From contig NC_068997.1 of the NCBI RefSeq assembly GCF_001194135.2, positions 2,203,457 to 2,267,456 of the forward strand: DNA of 64,000 nt. Reading direction: 5' to 3'. The notes under the pieces were generated by a model. The model was not told the origin of the DNA. It did not search any database and saw nothing but the letters and a program-made list of their open reading frames with translations. Positions 39,501 through 53,600 of the stretch are shown one piece after another. A program made the translations under genes and the position numbers. Source of the stretch: Octopus bimaculoides. Lineage: Eukaryota. How positions within the stretch are numbered: the stretch's first letter is position 1; each line of letters starts with the position of its first letter.

Positions 39501-42500
39501 AGGAAGAATCGATAGAGGATGTAAGATGTTCAAAAAATGCGGCTCACCTTCTGGGAATAAGTCTTTTAGTAAAGGATGTTTACATCTGTACATGGCTTGA
39601 GACAAATCACGGAACAAAAGGTCATTGTTTTTATCAACAAACCCTTCAACCCTATAGGTTACCTGATGGAACAGGAAGCAAAAGGAAATATATATATAAA
39701 CAGGTACAAAAAACATGCTTAGAGTAATAATAATAATGGTTTCAAATCTTGGCACAAAGCTAGCAATATTGTGGGGGTAAGTCAGTCACATCAACTTCAG
39801 TGCTCAACTGGTACTTACTTTATCAACCGCAAAAGAATAAAAGGCCAAGTTGACTTTGGCAGAATTTGAACTCAGAATGTAAAGACGGACAAAATGCCAC
39901 TAAGCATTTTGTCTGGCATGCTAATAGATGTGCCCGCTTGCCACCCAAATAGTAATCATACCCTGATGCCATACCAGGCAGTGGCTCTCATGGCTTCTCA
40001 TCTTAACTGATTGGAAGTGTTATCATGTACATTGATTTGTCTTGGTATAAAAGATGGGCTACAGCAAATATTCTGCTCAATACCACAGATTTACTTGTCA
40101 TTTGTTTGACCTTAACCAGTTGAGCATGTCCCTTAGTGGCTGATGATGATATGTGCATCTCTGATCATGAGCAGAAGTAGTGGGGGAGCATCATAGCCAT
40201 GTGTTGAGAGGAATTCTTTGAAAGTTTGAATAATTCACCTCTGAAACTTTCAAAGAATTCCTCTGTTTCATTCAACATCCGTAGACAACCGTTATTGAGC
40301 TGGATGGGCTACTCAACCTAAAGAAAATTCTAACTGGGCCCACCTGCAAGGTCATGTGCTGTTTATCTTGATATGAGGTTACCATGCTGCACACATATGG
40401 CAGTGATGCATGTGCTTGGTGTACCCTTATCAGACGGGTAGTCATGATCGATGTACTGGGCTTCATATATTTTACCCCAGTGTCACTTTGATGGCATGCA
40501 CTGCTCTCTCACTCAATAATAATAATAATAATGGTTTCAAATTTTTTGAGGGAAAGAAGCATGATCCTCTCTTGAGTGGTACTTATTTCATAGACCCCCC
40601 AAAAATATGAAAGGCAAAGTTGACCTCAGTGAGATTTGAACTCATAATGTAATGAGCAGGAATAAATATCTGTCAAGGTCTCCAAAAAAGGTTAGCAGAA
40701 TGAAGAGATCAGTTTGTGGTCAGCAACCTGGTTTGAGTGGTTCTAATATAATGGACTCCATTTTAAAGACAGCCAGTGGTCAACAGATTAAATCTACAAA
40801 TACAGGAACGGTCCTTCTATTGACCATCCACAGAAATTTCCTACCAAATTTTCCTCACAAAACTTTAGTTGATATTCAGTGGAGTATATTTAACCCTTTA
40901 ACATTTAAACTGGCCAAATCCAACCCAAATATTCTCCTTGTTTTATGTTCAAACCTGTGTGATCTAGCCTTGCACACTTACCCAACACTATCATTTTAAA
41001 AATACACAATCAAATCATTGAATTCATGAAGGTACGTGATTAATTCAAAACAATGTGAATAAATTAGCATTACATTTGACAGAGTAATCTGAATGCTAAA
41101 GGGTTAAATTATCGTCTGTCTTAGAAAAGGAAGAGACTATGAGTGAATCCAGGAGATTTCCAGAGTTCTGGAAACAAACTTTAAACAAAAATGGACAAGC
41201 TGGAATGCCTTTATTCCCCTGATGAATCTGAGGTGAGCTGAGGGTGTTAAACAAGAACAAGAACAACAACAGGAAGTTAAATATAAAATGAGATGAGAAA
41301 TGAAATGAGAGGAGATAGGAATTATGCAATGACGAGGAGATGATCAATTATAAATATTATGTCACTTACTGCGCCTGCATAATGTTTGAGGCGAAAAGAT
41401 TCATGAGGCAACGTTCTGTCAGACATGCTTTTTTTACAGCCGCGACTTTCGTAATGAGGATGTTCTGAACAAATGGAGTCAAGTTTTGCAAGGAATGTTA
41501 AATCTGTGACGGTTCCTGGTCGAAGGCACTCTTCATCAAGCATCGCTAAAACTCCTACATTGTTCTGAAACAGAATACATAACTATATATTTATACATAT
41601 CTTTTGAATTTGTTTTTATGGGAAATGTTTTGAATATGCAAATAAAACTCCTATTCCATTATGTCGGCCAAAGTCTAATGATGCTGATTGGTGAACCAGT
41701 TTTGGGGGTTGCATCTAGCTGTACTGATATAATGTAGGATAAATATAGTAATAATAACAATAATCCTTGGATGAAATTTATAAATATCAATTTATAAATT
41801 CCATCGAAGGATTATTGTTATTTGTATATTTATACATATATATGTACGGTAAACAAAACCCAATATATAGTTCAAAACATAACTACAAATATTTTGATAG
41901 TGCAGTTTATCCTAAATATGAGTCCATTGCACAATATATTAGATGATCCACATACACACACACAATTGGTGAACATTTGTGTTTGCCAAGAATGAAAAAA
42001 ACACTCAATACATGAAATTGAGTATAGTTTGTTAAAATTTGGAATATCTTGACTTGTTACTCAGAGTTAAATGTATGAAAAAAGTTAAGAATTATGTCAA
42101 TATATAAGTAAAAATGTTTCTCAATACTTTTGCTTAAATATATTGTTGAAGTACCTCTCTCTTTCTAATGACTCAATAATCAAACGTGAACTTAGCTTCA
42201 ACTTGTAATAGTAGCAATTATCCTTTTTATAATAAGTATAAGGCCTGAAATTTTGGGGGAAAAGGATAATCAATTACATCGATTCTGATGATCAATTGAT
42301 ACTTATTTCATTGACTCTGGAAGGTTGAAAGGCAAAGTCGACCGTAGCAGAATTTGAACTCAGAACATAATGATGGACGAAATGCCGCAAAACACTTTGC
42401 CCAGTGTTGCACAAGGCCAGCAATTTCAATGATTACAATAACCCCAGTATTCAACTGGTACTTATTTTATCAACCCAAAAGGATGAAAAGCAAAGTCGAC

Positions 42501-45500
42501 CTTAGAGGAATTTGAACTCAGAATGTAAAGATGGACAAAATGCTGCTAAGTATTTTCCTGGCATGAAAAAAAAAAAAAAAATAATAATGATGGTTTCAAA
42601 TGTTGCACAAGGCCAGCAGTTTTAAGTTTTAAGCTATTCTGCCAGCTTGTGGCCTTTTCTATCCAAAAGGGATTTTCTACCCAACATTTACATGCTATTA
42701 CTTATAGCTTTATGGGTGCTATGAGATCCGCTGTTCCAAAACACAAATCTTTTATCTTTCACCTTTTTTTTACTAATTTCAGTCATTAGACTGGCCATAC
42801 TGGGGCACTGCTCGGAAGAATATTTAACTGAATCAATTAACCCCAGTACTTATTCTCCTTTTTTAAGCTTGGTACTTATTATATCAGCCTCTTTTGTCAA
42901 ACCACTAGGTTATGGGGACATAAACATACTGCTATCAGTTGTCAAGTAGAAGTAGGGTACATACACAAACGCACATGCATATATATATATATATACAATG
43001 GGCTTCTTTCAGTTTCTGTCTACTAAATCGACTCACAAGGCTTTGATTGACACAAAACAATAGAAGACACTTGCCCAAGGTGTCATACAGTGGGATTGAA
43101 CCCAGAATCATGTAGTTGGGAAGTAAGCCAAGCCTGCACCTATATGATTTTCTGTTCTCTCAGAAGTGTATAAAATTCTTATGACATGAAAAATATATAT
43201 CATCATCATCGTTTGACGTCTGCCTTCCATGCTGGCATATGTATGTGTGTATATAAAAACATAGATATATGTGTGTGTGTGTATATGAGAAAGACAGAGA
43301 GAAAGTAACACACAATCTACATAACCAGTCATAGAAACATTCAGGTGTGAGAAAGAAGACATACACACACATACATTCTCATATAACCAAAAGCACTAAC
43401 ACATATAAACATATACACACACACACACAAACTGAAAATTGTCATTACCTACCTTTTCAATTAATTCACATATCACAGCATTGTTGAAATAATCCACATG
43501 GATCCATTCAATTCCCTGAAAAAAATTGGGTCCAAAAAATATTAGGGTGTTTCACATGAAATGTCATGTTTGAGAAGTGTTAGAGAACTGATTTATCTCA
43601 TCAAAGTATGATCCCTGTTCATTTATGACATTTACCTAACGTTTCTCTATGTCATATATTCCATCTTTAAAAAAAAAAAAGAACTCATCTTTTGCTGTGA
43701 TAAACTGTCCGAATGCTTCAATTAACTCTTCTCTATTTAAGAATGTTTTATTGCTTATGGAAAGCTCACAATTCTTAAATAAGTGATGATCAGTTGGAAA
43801 GATATCAGGGGAATAGGGAGGATGTTGCAAAATCTCATAATTCAGGCTTTGCAACCAGTGGGATTGCTGTAAAGATGACACTTCTGCAAACCTTTATAGT
43901 ATTGCATTTGATCCTGCATTTTGGCACATAGAAATCACAATTCAATCATGTACACAAACGAGATTTTATCCAATGAACAGCTGTTGTTTACTTGATAGTT
44001 CATTGATCTAACTATAACTTTCCATAGGTGAGGCCTATATCTACAACTGAACTGAGCACCAAAATTTCAGAGTGTCTCAAGTTGAGTTTGGTGTACACCA
44101 GGGTTTCTCAACTGGGGTCCACAGATGCAATATAGTACACTTGGGGTCCATGGTAATCTTTCAGAGGCCATGGAAAACTTATACTTCAGGTTAGTAATGT
44201 TTATGTGCAATTAACTGGGTATACACCCACAATAGACAAAGTATTTTATCAAGTTTTATACAAGTCCTAACAATATTTAATTATGAAAATACAACTGGAT
44301 TTTTGATCTTCAAATAGCAATGGAGGTTCACCAAAGTAATATAGTTTTCTTCAATCATTCCAGGTACACTCAACCTGGAACGATTGAAGAAGACAACATA
44401 CCACAACACCTGTATCTGATAGGTAAAAATTAGCCCAAATGTTGAGTTTCTATATGTGTCCTATTACCCTGTTGCATCAGAATGTTTTTGTTAATTTTAT
44501 TGCATAAACACCGTTACTGTTAATGGAACAAATAAATTATTTTCCAATACATAAAGAAGCCTTATTTGTTATACTTTTAAATAACATAAACATGTTAGGT
44601 CATAGCAGACCACATCACCACAACATGAAGTGCAGAAGAAGTGTGCAATTTTATTATAAAGCCTATACACCACATAGGGATGGGTAAACATGTAGAAACA
44701 GGATACATTTACTAGCCACATGGTAGAAACATGTTGGATCATTTGGCTCCATGATATGAACACTATGTTTTTTTTAGAGGAAAATACATTAGTCACAAGT
44801 GGAGGCGCAATGGCCCAGTGGTTAGGGCAGCAGACTCGCAGTCATAGGATCGAGGTTTCGATTCCCAGACCGGGCGTTGTGAGTGTTTATTGAGCGAAAA
44901 CACCTAAAAGCTCCACGAGGCTCCGGCAGGGGATGGTAGCGAACCCTGCTGTACTCTTTCACCACAACTTTCTCTCAATCTTACTTCCTGTTTCTGGTGT
45001 ACTTGTAATTCAAAGGGTCAGCCTTGTCACACTCTGTGTCACGCTGAATATCCCCGAGAACTACGTTAAGGGTACACGTGTCTGTGGAGTGCTCAGCCAC
45101 TTGCACGTTAATTTCCCGAGCAGGCTGTTCCGTTGATCGGATCAACTGGAACCCTCGCTGTCGTAAGCGACGGAGTGCCAACAACAACAACATTAATCAC
45201 TATTTATTGTTACTGTTGTTGTCTTCCATAATTCTGCTTGAAAAGACAAGCAAACAGACAAACAGGCAGAACTACATCACAACATGGAGGTTGTTAAAAA
45301 CAATGACTCGTCACTTAATGCGACATATCAGAGAGAGTGATTACAGTAATAATAGGTGATGATGGTGGTTGTGGTGATGGTTATAATGGTATGGGTATTG
45401 GTGATATTGATGATAATGGTGGTGGTAGTAATGGTGGTATGAATGAAAGTGATAGTGGTGATGTGGTGGTGGGTGTGGTGGGTGTTATCATGATGGCGGT

Positions 45501-48500
45501 GGTGATGACGATGATGACGATGATGATGATGATGATGACGACGATGACGATGATGATGGTGACGATGATGACGATGATGATGGTGACGATGATGACGGTG
45601 ACGATGATGACGATGATGATGGTGACGATGATAGTATTTAACACTAGCAATTAAAATTAACAATTAGATAATGCCAAACTATCTTGTATTTAATTATGAA
45701 TATTGCAACATGGAAAAACAAAAATCTCAGAAAACTTCAAGACACCAAAAATTGGTAAGGAATCCAACAATTCTTACCTCCTTCACATATTCTTCTTGTT
45801 CTTCTTTTAAGGTTAATTCAATAAAAATTTGTTGTAATTTCTCATTACAGTAATTAATGATAAACTGTTCAAAACTATTGTTCTGTCAAAACAAGAAGAT
45901 TGGAAAAGATTAAGAAATGAAAATCAGGAAATTCTAGAAGAAGCAAGAAAAAATGGTTAACTTGGTAATGTCTTGAACAGTCGTGGGAGAAGACATGTGA
46001 CTTAGTAGCTAGGATATTCAGCTTATGATCATAAAGTCACGAGTTCAATTCCTGGTGGTGTGTCGTGTCCTTGAGCAAGACACTTTACTTCTCATTGCTC
46101 CAGTCCAGTCAGCTGGCAAGAATGAGTTGTACCTGTAATTCAAAGGGGTCAGCCTTGTCACACATTGTGTCATGCTGAATCTCCCTGAGAACTACATTAA
46201 GGATACATGTGCTTGTGGAGTGATGGCCACTTGCATGTTAATTTTATGGTCTGTTGATCAAATCAACTAGAACACTCATCGTCATAACTGATGGAGAACC
46301 AAGCTATGGCAGTTATGGGTAACTTTTATGTAAAGCAGGGTGCATGAGACATGGTCCATCATCAGGCAGGCTCACATTAAACAAAAAATTCTAAGCAATT
46401 ATTTTCTTTTTTCGCTGGCCACTGAGAAAGTTCCATGGACCACTATTGGCACATGAGTGGTATAACAAGATGAAAATGTTAACGGTCTCCTTCCTTCCTT
46501 CCCTATGAAGACAAGACCAAGGCAATGCAGTTACTTGAGCTCTCAACATGACACCACCCACCAATCCCTATCTACTACTCCAGAGCAAAACTCTTCAATG
46601 CTGGCATAATCGATGCCCTTCTTTAGACATGCCCACATCACATGACTGGGATAACAAAATAAGAGTGCTAAATGTCCCTTACCTTCACTAGGAAGAGAAG
46701 GCCAAGGCACCCTCCATCCACCCCCATCTACCATGCCAGAGAGAAGCTCTTTAACTCTGGCTTAGTTGATGTCCTTCTTCATTTGTGCCCATATCTTCTA
46801 ATCACTATGCATGGTGTTCCCAGTAGACAAGTCTTGAAGCGATGAGGTCAGAATGTCACATGTTGGGATGTCACATGTCACACATAATCCTCAGATATCT
46901 TGATAAATGTATCTTTTGCGTCACCAATGACAGAACAGCAGAATGGTCAATGTTCAGGATTTACATCCACTAGATCAGGGGCTTTCAAACTTTTTGACTT
47001 GCGGACCCCTTTATATTTCAGGCTTTACCTTAGGGACCCCCTTATAAACGCTTATGAAATTTATACATAAATATTTGCTTAAAATAACATATATTTTTAC
47101 ATTTATTTATTTAACAAATAGGTTTATTGTCAATTAAAAGATTTCGATTAAAAACATATATAAAATCAAATTGCCCATAAAAAGTATTTGCTGTCCACGG
47201 ACCCCCTGTCTTGTCCTTGCAGACCCCCTACGGTCCGAGGACCAGTTTGAAAACCCCTGCACTAGATATCTAAGACCAAATGGACAATCCTGCTGTAACA
47301 TCCCTCTCAGGATTTATTCATGTTCTACTTCATAATACAGTACAAATTTAACGGTAGAAATGGACAACAAAGGTTTTAGTATAGATCAACAGGGAAGACA
47401 TAATATAGTACCAGGGATGACATACAAATCAGGTTCAAAAGTAACTCACCTCAAAAACTTCAAACCCATATATGTCTAACACACCCATCACTTTTGTTTT
47501 GTTTTTTTTCTTCACCTGAAACAGGAAAACAAAAACAAGAAAATGTTATCATACTCACACACACATTTGCAAAACATCTTTTGCATCCAGACTTTAGAAT
47601 AAATATTGGGTTGTCCGGAAAGTTCATGCCGATTTTTAAAGGAAAGAAAAAGGTCAATAACTTGAAAATACCCTCTTCCCAGAATTGAGGTGGGTGCATG
47701 GCAAATGAGTCGAAAGGTAAGCTACTATAAATCGGCACAAACTTTCCGGACAACCCAAGAAATGCCATCTCTGGACAGTGTATGTGATGACTAACAGAGC
47801 TGGAGACAGGAAGGGCATCTAGTGCTGTAGCAGTGTACTGTGTTGTATTAGTTTTCCTCTCACCTATTTGAATGTGTGGGGATGTCTTCTCCAGCAGTGC
47901 ACACTGCTAGTTCATTGGGCATCAATGGAATGCAAAAGCCTGCTGCTTTCTATAAAGTGCAAGGCATTAGATGGAGTAACTTTACATTAAGGAGTGGAAT
48001 GTATAATATGGTCCCAGCAGACAAAATGGAAAAGGTGTTACCCTGGAGGATGGTGAGGGAGACATGCTGGAACAGCCACTATGACTCACTGGGCTCACAT
48101 TTGCAGACAGCCATCTCCACTCTGAGAACAGTGAGCAGGGATAGGGTCTGGGGTCTGAGAACACTGGAAGTCTCCATTACCAACGGTCCTCTGTCATCTC
48201 CTTAATGAAGTTAATTATCCTGAGATTAGCCTTCATCATTTGGTCCTCTTCTTCCCCAGTCTCTTTTTTTCCACACATTTCGGCCACTACCAGGACCCTA
48301 AAAATCATGCAAATGGCATCAACCACCCACATTACATATCCATATCATCACAATCGCCTCAAGTCCACTCTGTATCTGATTCCTCTCAGCTCTTCCTCTG
48401 CCTCTGCCACCTACAACTATTTCAACTCCTCTCTCATCATCATCATCGTTTAACGTCCGCTTTCCATGCTAGCATGGGTTGGACGAGCATGGGTTGATAC

Positions 48501-49503
48501 ATTATATGAACTAACTAATCCTTGATTTTAACAACCTCCATCTTTGATGTAGTTCTGGTTCTCTGTTTGTCTACCTGCTTGTCTTTTCCAGCAGAACTTT
48601 GGAAACCTAACAAAACAACACCACCAACAACAACTGTAGATAGTGACTAATGTGTTTTCCTAAATCTAAAAAACCCTAACATTTCAAAACCAGCACAGCA
48701 TGCCGGCTTTAGTTCTCTCCATCACTTTCACATCCCCTACATTCACTGTCCATGTTTTACTAATATACAATATTGCACTCAACACTCCTGCACTATACAC
48801 TCTGCCCTTCAAAGAGAGAGAGAGAGAGAGAGAGAATTCCTTTATTGTAAGCACGGGTTGTAGCTCTCTCATACACATGCGCACATGTATTCATTCATAC
48901 AAACATACCAACATACATGCACATATACAATATAATTTCATAGTGACACACGTGGCCGTTGCCAGTACCGCCTGACTGGCCTTCGTGCAGATGACACGTA
49001 AAAGCACTCACTACGCTCTCTGAGTGGTTGGTGTTAGGAAGGGCATCCAGCTGTAGAAACTCTGCCAAATCAGATTGAAGCCTGGTGTTGCCATCCGGTT
49101 TCACCAATCCTCAGTCAAATCGTCCAACCCATGCTAGCATGGAAAGCGGACGTTAAACGACGATGATGATGATGACACAGTATGTGTTAATCAACTGGTT
49201 TTCTTTGTGGACTACTGACTTAAAATGCCAGAGATATGTTCCATGGAAGTTGACCACGGCTAACAATAACAACACCACCACCTCCAACAGCAACAACAAC
49301 ATGAACACTTGCTTATCTGCGATCTTCAGAAAAAAGTTCAATAATATACTAGCTCTGATACTCTATGAAGAATGTAGTGATGTGTGAAAGCATTACGCAG
49401 TAGAGCTCACCGATTCCTTAACTTGCACACAGACAAATTCTTCACAGTTCAACTATTTCACTTTCTATAGAAATCATTCAAACACTGAAGAATAAAAGAT
49501 ACC

Positions 49504-49538
<35 letters not shown>

Positions 49539-49681
49539 ACACACACACAAAGAAAGAATGACAGAGAACTTTTTTTGGTTAGATAACCGGATGGATTCTG
49601 AGGGGAATTTTCTTCATAAGTTCAAGTAAAGGTCATACATACCTTCATACACAGATACATACATTATATATATATGTACGT

Positions 49682-49714
<33 letters not shown>

Positions 49715-50467
49715 CACATACATATATACATACACATACATATATACATACATATATATACATACACACAACAATGTTTGTGTGTGTGTGTGTGAGAGAG
49801 AGAGAGAGGGACTTTCTATACAAACATTTCACATTATCCAGAATTCTATCTAACATTTGCTCAAATTTTTGATAAAAAAATACCTAAATTCAAAGACTTG
49901 TATATCTTTCTAATAATCAATTACTTCTTAGTTTTTTTGCCCAGTGTTCTTAAAACATGACAGATTTGTAACACAACCAGCATCTCCACTTCATCTGTTT
50001 GTATCTTTATGAGTACACCTGTGGCTATATATGTAAGTCTATCTATGTATCACACATTATGTCTTTGTATTTGTGTATGTGTGTGAGTACATCTATTCAT
50101 CTATCACCCCTTCCTTTCTCATTCATAAACACAAGAGTATTATTATAGTAGATTATCTCAATAACCATGGGAGCTATGAAAAAATACAAAACCCACCAAC
50201 ACCACCGGATCACTCTACACATCTGTGTAATCTTTCACACTATTCCACCCAGCTGTTTGACCATGAATCCCAAGAGAAGAAAGAATCACCCATGTCAAAT
50301 TTATATATACACACACACATACATGTGTATATATATATATATATATACATACACACACACACACACACACTAAATGACAAGTCATATGCATATATATATA
50401 TTCATACACACACACACACTAAATGACAAGTCATACGCATATATATATATTTATGTATGTATATATG

Positions 50468-50502
<35 letters not shown>

Positions 50503-50565
50503 TACACACACACACACTAAATGACAAGTCATGCATATATATATATTTATGTATGTATATATGTG

Positions 50566-50603
<38 letters not shown>

Positions 50604-53600
50604 TACACACACTAAATGACAAGTCATACGCATATATATATATATTTATGTATGTATATATGTGTGTGTGCATATATATATATACACACACACAAACACA
50701 TTAAACAATGATGATTATATATATGTATATGTGTGTGTGTGTGTGTTCAACTGTTAATCCCTACATAGTTTTGCTCTCTCTCTATTTTTCCATTCTCTCT
50801 CTACTTTTTTCCTCTCATCCCTTTCTGCCAAAGAGCATAAGCTCGAAATGTCAAAGACTTTTCCATTCTTCCTGAGTGTCAAACTAATAAGTCTGCTTGT
50901 TATTCCCTCTCTTGTCTTTGTCTTTTGTTTTCTGTAAATTTGAATTTTATAAATATAAATATATATATACATAAATATATATAATCACCATCAGTGTTTT
51001 AATGTCCACCTGTCTATGCTCACCTGCCTCAGAAGGAATTTGTTATATACCCCTTTTATCTTTTACTTGTTTTAGACATTGCACTAACCTGGTACTTATT
51101 CTATTGGTCTCTTATGTTGAACCATTAACTTATGGAAATGTAAACAAACTAACACCAGTTGTCAAGTGGTGGTGGGGAAAAAAACAGAAACACAAAGACA
51201 TATGCAGACTTATATGACAGGCTTCTTTCAGTTTCCATCTACCAAATCCACTCACCAGGCTTTGGCCAGCTCATGACTATGGTAGGAGACACTTGCCCAA
51301 GGTGCCATCAGTGTGTGTGTGTATAATTGAGCCTTTGTAGGGTAGATTTAATTTAGACACAGTCTGCATTAGAATTCCCTCTCTGGGTCATGTGATACTT
51401 GTTTTTATGCTAATTGTTAAGTGTTGACTGCTGTCCTTTTTTTTAATTGTTTCAATCATTTGACTATGGCCATGCTGGGGCAATACCTAGAAGGATTTTT
51501 CATCAAACAAATCAACCCCAGTGCTCACATATTTTTTTTTAAGCCTGGTACTTATTCTATCAATCTCTTTTCACTGGTTATCAAGTAGCAGTGGAGGAAA
51601 ACGCAGACACAAACACACACACTCACGCACACACACACACACACGATGGGTTTCTAGTGGGACTGAACCTGGACCTACATGGTTGGGAAGCAACCATGCT
51701 GACACACTTGCACCTATGTGAGGAATGTTAAATGGATGACAGCAGTGAGTAGTGGTGGTGGTGGATGAGTGGTACAAAGTAGCTCTCTTGATGTCTCAGA
51801 AGGTATGGCAAAGTAGGTTAACTACAGGGCTATGTCTTCATAGTATACAAGTAAAAACTTACAGCAGGCATTTCATTGACTTTTTGGACACCAGTTCATT
51901 TATGTGAAACATCATTTTGGAATCTTATCCACAACAGAAACTATTTATCAAATGAACATTTGTCTTACGTCTGTTCCAGATCTGTCCCACATCTGCATTA
52001 TATTTCTCTCATATCTACACCAGATCTGTCACACATACATACCAGACCAGTCACATATGTACCAGATGTATCACATCTGTGTTTGATCTGTTTTGTATCT
52101 GTACCATATCTGTCTCACATCTGTACCAGATCTGTTTCACATCTATTCCAGATCTGTCTAACATCTGCGACAAATGTGTCTCACATCTGCACTAGATCTG
52201 TCTCACATCTGCACTAGATCTGTCTCACATCTGAACCAGATCTGTCTAATATCTGTACAAGACTGCCACCTATACTAGGCTCTTGAATTTTATTCTCATC
52301 ATTACTCATGCTGTCCATCACCAATTTCTTCAAAATTTATCTTTCATTCCCACATGGAGACAGTCTCACCATTTTGGAATTATTTCCAAAATGGTGAGAT
52401 GGAAAATAACAGCATTGAAATTCTCAAAGACAACTTACCCTGATACCATCGTTGATTCTCTGCACCAACCATGAAAACATTCGACTATAAATGGCTTTTG
52501 ATAAAGCATCTCTCGCATAGGCAGACTGTAAGGAAAAAGACAAGGTAACAAGGGTTACTGCTGGATATGGGGGTGGTGGATGACTGCGAGGATGGGGGTG
52601 ATGGCAATGGTTGCAATGGCAGTGATGGTGATTATAGTGATGATTATGGTGGTGATGGTGAGTGTGGTAGGAGTCAGTTGAATATAGTAGTAGTGATGAT
52701 GATGATGAGTGTGGTCATGGTAGTAGTGGGAGGTGTAATTGGTGGTGCTGTTCATAAACAGTGGTGGTGATGGTGTCACTGTAGTAGTGGCATATGTAGT
52801 AGTAACGGTGCTAGTTGTGGTAGTAGTAGTAGTGGTAGTAACGGTTGTATGAGGTTGTAATTATAGTGATGGACAGAGTAGCAATAGTGGTCTAAGAAAT
52901 GATGATAGCAGTGGTGGTGGCGGAGTAAGTGAAGGGGTGGTAGGGATAGTGTAGATGGTAGTGGTAATGTTGTAGTTGAAGGATCAGCAGTAGTAGTAGT
53001 GTAAGTGCTAGTGGTATCATAAATAATAGTAGTAGTTGTAGTATAGGAGGTTGTGGTAGTTGTAGTTGACGTACATGTGGTTGTAATATATAAGAAATAC
53101 TTACATCAGCTGTGCTTAAGTCAGTTTTTAACTTCTCCCCACGGGCCTCGACAGTGCGTTGGGTTAAGGCAGTCTTCAGCTCTTCATAGGAACAACCTAA
53201 CAGCTCGGCAACCTCCTGGGCCTCTGCAAGTGACACACAACTCATTAGAACATTACAGAACAGGAGTAGGTAGGGGCTACCACCCTGAGGCTATACTGTT
53301 GCATCTCAGATATGGAGGTACACAAATGATAAGACAATGACAAAACTGGGGGTGTGGCAAGGTAATGTTGTGGAACTTTATAAGTGATTTAGGGGGGGAA
53401 AACAAATGGAGAAGATTTTCCATAGGGGTATATATAAGATTGCATCAATTCTATGGCCTTTACATAGGGGTATATAATAGCTGGTTAGAGGTTACATTGA
53501 GGTGTGAAAGCATGTGACCAAGTGGTTGGGGTATTTGGCTAATGGTCTTAAGGTTGTGAGTTCAATACCGGATAGTGCTTTGTGACCTTGGGACTTTATT

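Noticed and set aside
44799-44875. tRNA-like sequences at SINE 5' ends
   Set aside because: They have A/B boxes but continue into SINE bodies and tails; not called as tRNA genes.
45328-45663. His-rich, Met-rich and Ile-rich ORFs
   Set aside because: All arise from one (GAT/GAC)n tract read in different frames.
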